From: Alphaproteobacteria bacterium
GTDB taxonomy: Bacteria; Pseudomonadota; Alphaproteobacteria; Bin95
Length of the DNA: 64,000 bases
NCBI GenBank assembly: GCA_964291285.2
Contig: OZ219787.1
Span: 768,001 to 832,000 of the forward strand
Direction of reading: 5' to 3'
A model generated the notes under the pieces. It was not told the DNA's origin. It did not search any database and saw nothing but the letters and a program-made list of their open reading frames with translations. Positions 57,871 to 64,000 of this stretch are shown here, piece by piece. Position numbers and translations under genes: made by a program. Position 1 is the stretch's first letter. Every line of letters starts with the position of its first letter.

Positions 57871-59100
57871 TTGCGTCAATTGGTGCCTGCGATTGCGGTC
57901 GCACTGCTGCTAGGCGCGTGCGGAACCGTCCCCGGCGTCGACCCGGCGGCCGCCCCGCGCCAGAACTATCTGGGCAGCGTCGCCGCCGGCGAGCCCAACG
58001 CCGCGCTCACCGCCCGGGACATTCTGAAAGCCGGCGGTTCCGCTGCGGACGCCGCGGCGGCGCTGGCCCTGACCCTGGCCGTGACCATGCCGTCCCGCGC
58101 CAGCCTCTGGGCCGGCGGCGCCTGCCTCGTGCATGACCCGGAGGACGGGGACCGGCGGGTCTATTCCTTCATCCATCCCGCGGGCGGGGACGGCGAAGCG
58201 CCGCCGCCCATGCTGGTGAGGGGGATGGCGCTCATGCACGCGGCGCACGGCCGTCTGCGTTGGGGCGCGGTGACGGCGGCGGCCGAGCGGCTCGCCCTGC
58301 TGGGCCATCCCGTGTCGCGGGCCTTCGCGCGCGACATCGGGGCCGCGCCGGAACGGGCGGCGGCGGTTCTTGCCGGCGGGCATCTCCGGGAGGGCGAGCT
58401 GCTGGCGCAGCCGCAGCTGGCGCGGACGCTGGGCCGCATCCGCCTGGACGGGCCGGGCGCGCTCCATGCCGGCCCCCTGGCGGACGCGCTGGTCCGGGGG
58501 GCGGCCGCTGCGGGATACCGCCTCGACGCGCCGGCGCTGGAGCGCGCCCTGCCGTCCAGGCGTGAACCGCTGTCCGCCGAAGCCGGATCCTGGCGGGCCT
58601 GGTTCCTGGCCGACGAGGCAAGCGGCGGGCCGCGGCAGGCCGCCCTGTGGCCGCAGCTTGCGCAAGACGACTGGATCGCCGGCGACGCCGCGCCCGCAGT
58701 CGCGGCACGGGCCGGGACGGAGGGAATGCCCCGCGGCGGCGGAACCGGCTTCGCGGTCGTGGACGCCGAAGGGCTTGCGGTTTCCTGCGGCGTCACCATG
58801 AACGCGCTCTTCGGAGCCGGCGGGACGGCCGCGGGCACCGGTATCGCGATCGCCGCGCCCAGGGCGGAGGGCGCGGTCGATTCCGCCCTGTCGCCGTTCC
58901 TGGTTGCCCACGGTTCCGGAGGCGATATCCGCTTCGCCGGCTCTGGTGCCGGCGCCGGGCCGGAAACGGGGGTCGGGAAGACCGGCCTCGTCGCGGCGGT
59001 CCGGTGCGGGAAGCGGACGCCGGGCGGCGACGGCGCGGCCTGCACGGCCCACGCGGACCCGGGCGGCGCGGGGCTGGCCGTGCAGGTCTTCGGCGAGTAG
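57871..59100 (+). CDS. gamma-glutamyltransferase-like lipoprotein (start uncertain)
   Basis: LLGAC lipobox, ILKAGGSAADAA, QPQLARTL, FAVVD.EG.AVS..TMN.LFG.G. Confidence 0.75.
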   Translation: MRQLVPAIAVALLLGACGTVPGVDPAAAPRQNYLGSVAAGEPNAALTARDILKAGGSAADAAAALALTLAVTMPSRASLWAGGACLVHDPEDGDRRVYSFIHPAGGDGEAPPPMLVRGMALMHAAHGRLRWGAVTAAAERLALLGHPVSRAFARDIGAAPERAAAVLAGGHLREGELLAQPQLARTLGRIRLDGPGALHAGPLADALVRGAAAAGYRLDAPALERALPSRREPLSAEAGSWRAWFLADEASGGPRQAALWPQLAQDDWIAGDAAPAVAARAGTEGMPRGGGTGFAVVDAEGLAVSCGVTMNALFGAGGTAAGTGIAIAAPRAEGAVDSALSPFLVAHGSGGDIRFAGSGAGAGPETGVGKTGLVAAVRCGKRTPGGDGAACTAHADPGGAGLAVQVFGE

Positions 59101-59106
59101 GCGGCC

Positions 59107-60253
59107 GTGGCATTTCAGGTTTCCCGCCGGGGCGGGATCGACCCCTTCATCGTCCTGCAGGTGCTGCGCGCGGCGGGCGAACGCGCCGCGGCCGGCAAGG
59201 CGGTATTCCCCCTCCAGATCGGGCAGCCGAGTACCCCGGCGCCGGCGGGCGCGCGCGAAGCCGCAAAGGCCGCCATCGACGAACGGGTACTTGGCTATAC
59301 CGACGCACCGGGCATCGAGCCGTTGCGCCGGCGCATCGCGCTGCATTACCGCGAGCACTACGGAGAGGAGGTCGCCCCGGAACGGGTGTTCGTCACGACG
59401 GGGTCCTCCGGCGGTTTCGTGCTCGCCTTTCTCGCCGCCTTCGACGCCGGCGCGCGGGTGGTGCTCACCGACCCGAGCTATCCCTGCTACCGCAACATGC
59501 TGGGGGCGCTCGGCATCGAGACCGTGCAGGTGCCGACGGGGCCGGAGACGCGCTTCCAGCCGACGCCCGAACTCCTCGAACGGGTCGAAGGGCCGGTGGA
59601 CGGGCTGGTGGTGGCGAGCCCGTCGAACCCGACCGGCTCCATGCTGCCGCCGGAAGCGCTCGCCCGCCTGGCGGCATGGTGCCACGACCGCGGCGTCCGC
59701 CTGGTCTCGGACGAGATCTACCACGGCATCGCCTACGGCATGGAGGAGGCGACGGCGGCCGGCTCGCCCTCCGCCGTCACCGTCAACAGCTTCTCGAAAT
59801 ATTTCTCGATGACCGGCTGGCGGATCGGCTGGCTGGTATTGCCGGAGGACCTCGCGGTTGCGGTGGAACGGCCGGGGCCAGAACCTGTTCCTGAATACGC
59901 CGACAGTGTCCCAATACGCCGCGCTCGCCGCCTTCGACTGCCGCGAGGAATTGGAAGCCAATGTCCGGCGCTACGCCCGCAACCGGGAGATCCTGCTCTC
60001 CGCCCTGCCGGCGATGGGCATTCCCGATTTCGCGACGCCGGACGGGGCCTTCTACGTCTATGCCGATATCGGCCACCTGACGAATGACAGCATGGCCTTC
60101 TGCCGGCGGCTGCTGGACGAGACCGGCGTGGCGATCACCCCCGGCGTCGATTTCGACCGGGAGCGCGGCAGCCGTACCGTCCGCCTCAGCTACTGCGCCG
60201 CGACCGAGGATGTCGAAGCGGCGATGGACCTGCTTGCCCATTTTCTAAAGTAA
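59107..60253 (+). pseudogene. class I/II PLP aminotransferase with +1 frameshift near 59875
   Basis: SPSNPTG, SDEIY, NSFSKYFSMTGWRIGW in one frame; QNLF..GAFY..GVAITPG.DF..RLSY in the next. Confidence 0.85.
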
Positions 60254-60328
60254 AACACAGGTCTTTGTATTCCTTGCAAACCAAATGCCTCTATTTTCGG
60301 CAATGGCAAGGCGAAGCCGAGGCCTTAG

Positions 60329-62342
60329 CCCGACTTCCGCAACTCGGGGGTCATGAGGATGCTAACTCATTGAATAGCCTTGATCGTCTCCCCGAGGGTC
60401 GGCACTACAAGGCGGCGAACGGAGAGGCGGCGCCGTGTGCCGTCAGGCGGAGATCCGGGGTGCGGGTTGCTGCGGCCAGGTCATGCCGAGCTGTTGCAGC
60501 AGTAGCTCGTGCTCCTTGTTCGGCCGGGTGTGGCGCGGCAGGACGAGGTGCCGGCCGTCGGTGGTTGGCAGATGGACGTCCACCATCTGGATGGTGGCGA
60601 AGGCCTCAAGGATGGCGCGTGGGGTGAGGCCCGGGGCGCGCGGCCGGGCGAGGTTCTTCAGGGTCACCAGCAGGCAGTAGGCGATGAACGAGACGAAGAT
60701 ATGCGCCTCGATGCGCTCTTGGCGCTGATGGAAGATGGGGCGGATCGCGAGGTCGTGCTTGAGTTCCTTGAACGCCTGCTCGATCTCGACGAGCTGCATG
60801 TACAGATGCCACAGCGTGGCGGGGTCTTCGGCGACCATGTTGGATCGCAGCAGGTAACGGCCCTCGCGGCGGCGGACCTGGCGCAGCCGGTCGCGCTGCA
60901 GGCGGAATGAGAAGCCGTTGGCGGCGAGTTCGCTGTCGGTCCCGGGCACGGTGATGTCGACCAGGCTCCAGGCCCGGCCGGCCTCCTTCCTGGCGGCGCC
61001 GAGCTTGAGCAACAACTGATCCCGGCTGTTCGACTGCCCTTGCAACTCGGCCAATCGACGCCACAGCCTCTTCAGCCGGCGCCGGCGCATGCCGCGTTCC
61101 TTCACCTGCCGCCCCTCGCTGCGCACCAGGACGTAGAGCTCGCCATCCTCGACCAGAAGCTTGACAGTCACGGACTGGCGCACCTCCTGCCAGGGCAGGC
61201 CCAGGAACACCTTCTCGAGCCGCGTCAGCCGGCCCTTGGGCGTGCCCACCAGGTAGCGCACCGGCGCCTCGCCCTCGCGCATCGCGGCCAGCGTCTCCTC
61301 GGTGGGGATGCCGCGGTCCATGATCCACACCCGCTCGGAGCGGCCATACTGATCCTCGATCTTCTTGAGGAACGCCGCCAGCGTGGTGTCGTCGGAGGTG
61401 TTGCCCGGCATCACCTCATAGGCCAGCGGAAAGCCCTGCGGCGTAACGATCAGGGCGATCACCACCTGCACGCAGTCGGGCCGCTTGTCCCGGCTGTAGC
61501 CGAAGCGGCGCTTGTCATCGAACGGCGGATCGCTCTCGAAGTAGGTCGAGGTCAGGTCGTAGAGCAGCACGTCGAAGCGCGCCTCGAACAGCGTCGCCCA
61601 GCGGTCGCGCAGAAACGAGAAGAAGCCCTGCTTGTGCGCCAGCAGCTTGTCGAGACAGCGATAGAGTGTGTCGTCGGCGATCGCCCGCTCGCCACCCAGA
61701 AGATCGCGAAGCGCGCTGTGCTCATACCAGTGACGGTGAAGGCGCCACTCGCTGCCCGGGTCGATCAGCCGGTAGCAGACCTGGATCTTCAGGATGTCCA
61801 GCCACCGCGTGCCTTGCCGGCTCGCCGGCAGCCGCTCTTCCCAGAAGCGGTCCAGGTCCAGGCGGTCCCACAAGGACAGCGCCAGCCAGCACGCCCCCCA
61901 CTGGCGCGGGTCGTGAAGCGCCACCTGCGAGAGGTCGATCTTCACCACTTCGCAAGTCAGCGCCGGCGCCTCCCGGTCCTCGGGAAACAGCGCCATCTGC
62001 CGTGATCGCGACTTGCCCTCCACCACCTCGATCGAGCGGCACCACGCCGCTCGCTGGCTGTCGTTGATCTCCCCGAGATAGAGCACCTGACGCTGAACAA
62101 CCCGACCGCCGTGGACCCGGACGTTCTCCACAACGCTCCAGTAGCGGTGCTCCTTGCCGTCCTTGAAGCGTCTCTTGCAGCGCACGAACATCAGCGCAGC
62201 GTCCGGATCTTCGCCAGCCCGATCAAGGGGGTAGGTCGGCACTACAAGCCGGTCCCGAGAGGTACTGCACCGAAATCCGACACTTCTCGCGCCGGAAAAC
62301 CGTCAAATCAGTCGATTCTCAAGCCGAGTTGCGGAAGTCGGG
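60329..62342 (-). mobile_element. IS1634-family insertion sequence (copy 1, complete)
   Basis: Perfect 19-bp IRs CCCGACTTCCGCAACTCGG; subterminal repeat GTCGGCACTACAAG inside both ends. Confidence 0.92.
60443..62191 (-). CDS. IS1634-family transposase
   Basis: LYDLTSTYFE, GYSRDKRPD, MDRGI, IEQAFK.LK..L.IRPIFH, RIEAH. Confidence 0.95.
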   Translation of the reverse strand: MFVRCKRRFKDGKEHRYWSVVENVRVHGGRVVQRQVLYLGEINDSQRAAWCRSIEVVEGKSRSRQMALFPEDREAPALTCEVVKIDLSQVALHDPRQWGACWLALSLWDRLDLDRFWEERLPASRQGTRWLDILKIQVCYRLIDPGSEWRLHRHWYEHSALRDLLGGERAIADDTLYRCLDKLLAHKQGFFSFLRDRWATLFEARFDVLLYDLTSTYFESDPPFDDKRRFGYSRDKRPDCVQVVIALIVTPQGFPLAYEVMPGNTSDDTTLAAFLKKIEDQYGRSERVWIMDRGIPTEETLAAMREGEAPVRYLVGTPKGRLTRLEKVFLGLPWQEVRQSVTVKLLVEDGELYVLVRSEGRQVKERGMRRRRLKRLWRRLAELQGQSNSRDQLLLKLGAARKEAGRAWSLVDITVPGTDSELAANGFSFRLQRDRLRQVRRREGRYLLRSNMVAEDPATLWHLYMQLVEIEQAFKELKHDLAIRPIFHQRQERIEAHIFVSFIAYCLLVTLKNLARPRAPGLTPRAILEAFATIQMVDVHLPTTDGRHLVLPRHTRPNKEHELLLQQLGMTWPQQPAPRISA

Positions 62343-62424
62343 GTAGCACCGCCCGGACGGCTTTTCATCCCGGACGAACGGCGCAGAGTGTCGACCCAAG
62401 TACAGCTTGCGGCCGGCCCCTGGC

Positions 62425-63297
62425 TTATGCGGCTGGCCGCTCCCCCTGTATCTGCGTGCGGTGCAACCTCCGGCGCGTTGAGGCGTCGAAGGGGTCGCGG
62501 CGGTGCATGGTGCAGCGGTTGTCCCACAGCACCACGTCGCCGACCTGCCAGCGGTGGCGGTAGGTGAAGCGCTCCTGCTCGACATGGCTCCACAGCTCGT
62601 CCAGCAGCGCCTCCGAGTCCGAGACCTTCATGCCCTCGACATAGGAGTTGAGGCGGCGGCCCAGATAGAGCACCGGCCGCCCGCTCTCCGGATGCACCGG
62701 CACGGCCGGGTGGCTGGCGCCGGGGGCCTCGCTCACATCCGCCACCTCGTCGAAGCCCGCGCGCAGATAGCCGCCGGAATTGACGCTCGAATCGTGGCGG
62801 ACGCTCGCGGATTCCAGCCGGTCCCGCAGCGCCGCCGGAAGCGCCTCCAGCGCGGCATACATGTTGAGGAAGCAGGTGTCGCCGCCCTCCGGCGGGATTT
62901 CCAGCGCGTAGAGCGCGCTCGCCTTGGGCGGGCGCTCCTCGTAGCTCATGTCGGTGTGCCAGGAGGCCTCGCCCGCGCCAAGCGAGCCGATAGGCTTGCC
63001 GTCCCTGACGATGTTGGAGATCACGTAGAGTTCCGGCACGCCTTCCACCATGGTCTGGCCGTTCTCCATGATCGGCGCATGGTCGAGCTTGCCGAAGCGC
63101 GACGAGAAGGCGACGAACTCCGCGTCCGTCAGCGTCTGTCCCCGGAACACCACCACCCCGTGCTCGATCCAGGCGGCATGGATGGCGGCGAAGGTCTCGC
63201 CGTCGAGCGGTTTGGAAAGGTCCACGCCCTCGATCACGGCTCCCAGTGCAGCGCCCGTCGGCACCGCTGCGACGATTTGCTCGACACCTTCCGGCAT
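62425..63297 (-). CDS. TauD/TfdA 2-oxoglutarate-dependent dioxygenase
   Basis: WHTDMSY, GGDT.F, HP.V.VHPE, WDNRCTMHRR. Confidence 0.93.
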   Translation of the reverse strand: MPEGVEQIVAAVPTGAALGAVIEGVDLSKPLDGETFAAIHAAWIEHGVVVFRGQTLTDAEFVAFSSRFGKLDHAPIMENGQTMVEGVPELYVISNIVRDGKPIGSLGAGEASWHTDMSYEERPPKASALYALEIPPEGGDTCFLNMYAALEALPAALRDRLESASVRHDSSVNSGGYLRAGFDEVADVSEAPGASHPAVPVHPESGRPVLYLGRRLNSYVEGMKVSDSEALLDELWSHVEQERFTYRHRWQVGDVVLWDNRCTMHRRDPFDASTRRRLHRTQIQGERPAA

Positions 63298-63665
63298 GGC
63301 TTCGGCCTCCGCTTTCTGCAACGCCCGGCAATGTCACGGAAGAGGGGCGGCGGGTCAATGCGTTCATTGCGCCCCGCCGGCGCTTTCGCCTGGGCGTAAG
63401 CGCATCGTTTGTTCGCAATTCATGAAATAATTCAAAAAATACCTTGACTCCGGGAAATTTCCCCCGATATTGGGACGGCAGGAAGGCAGCGGCGTCCGCG
63501 CGGAGCCGCTTCCTCTCCCGGTTCGCGCCGGCGCGAAAACGCCCCTGAGAAACGGACGGGAAAGGTGCGCCCTGATTTCAGGGTCGCGCGCGCGGGCAAT
63601 CAGGCGCGCGAACCGCGCCGGCGCCGACACGCGCCTGCACCCGCGCGCGATACGCGCGAAACTAG

Positions 63666-64000
63666 CCCGACTTCCGCAACTCGGGGGTCATGAGGATGCT
63701 AACTCATTGAATAGCCTTGATCGTCTCCCCGAGGGTCGGCACTACAAGGCGGCGAACGGAGAGGCGGCGCCGTGTGCCGTCAGGCGGAGATCCGGGGTGC
63801 GGGTTGCTGCGGCCAGGTCATGCCGAGCTGTTGCAGCAGTAGCTCGTGCTCCTTGTTCGGCCGGGTGTGGCGCGGCAGGACGAGGTGCCGGCCGTCGGTG
63901 GTTGGCAGATGGACGTCCACCATCTGGATGGTGGCGAAGGCCTCAAGGATGGCGCGTGGGGTGAGGCCCGGGGCGCGCGGCCGGGCGAGGTTCTTCAGGG
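63666..64000 (-). mobile_element. IS1634-family element, copy 2 (runs off window)
   Basis: Appears identical to 60329 onward, same orientation. Confidence 0.93.

Noticed and set aside
63420-63480. Possible stable-RNA promoter or ncRNA (AT-rich, TTGACT, GGGAAATTTCCC palindrome)
   Set aside because: No convincing -10 spacing and no tRNA/rRNA-like sequence downstream before the IS; cannot support a call.

Overview
GC-rich DNA that looks alphaproteobacterial (Rhodospirillales-like gene order), in three parts. (1) About 1-15.4 kb is a one-strand, C-rich block resembling cargo of a conjugative/integrative element. It holds three tandem paralogs built from a repeated ~125-aa helical domain, all ending in S-M-S-x; one carries SLOG(DprA-like) plus NADAR domains. 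It also has two DUF7146/Toprim proteins, an R2K/Cdc123-like ATP-grasp, a MoxR-type AAA / DUF3150-like / vWA(DUF2201) triad and small hypotheticals. (2) About 15.4-21.1 kb has an IS1-family element with passengers, including an adenine MTase-HNH fusion with a C10 tract. This is followed by an array of four membrane-anchored coiled-coil genes with REP-like palindromes around a hicBA pair. (3) About 21.2-64 kb is mostly core genome: hydantoinase A/B, TRAP, rnd-kdsD-lptCAB-rpoN-hpf-ptsN, MFS, ThDP decarboxylase pair, SDR, OMP, a TonB-dependent receptor broken by adjacent IS701-like and IS5 elements, M24 peptidase, TTT transporter, sulfatase, his operon, nitronate monooxygenase, M48, GGT-like, a frameshifted aminotransferase, and two IS1634 copies around a TauD-type gene. 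No rRNA, tRNA or CRISPR array was seen. All family calls come from motif recognition by eye; no searches were run. Best candidates for an undescribed system: the repeated-domain SMS-tail proteins (possible relaxase-derived T4SS-delivered cargo) and the combinatorial coiled-coil/TA cassette array.
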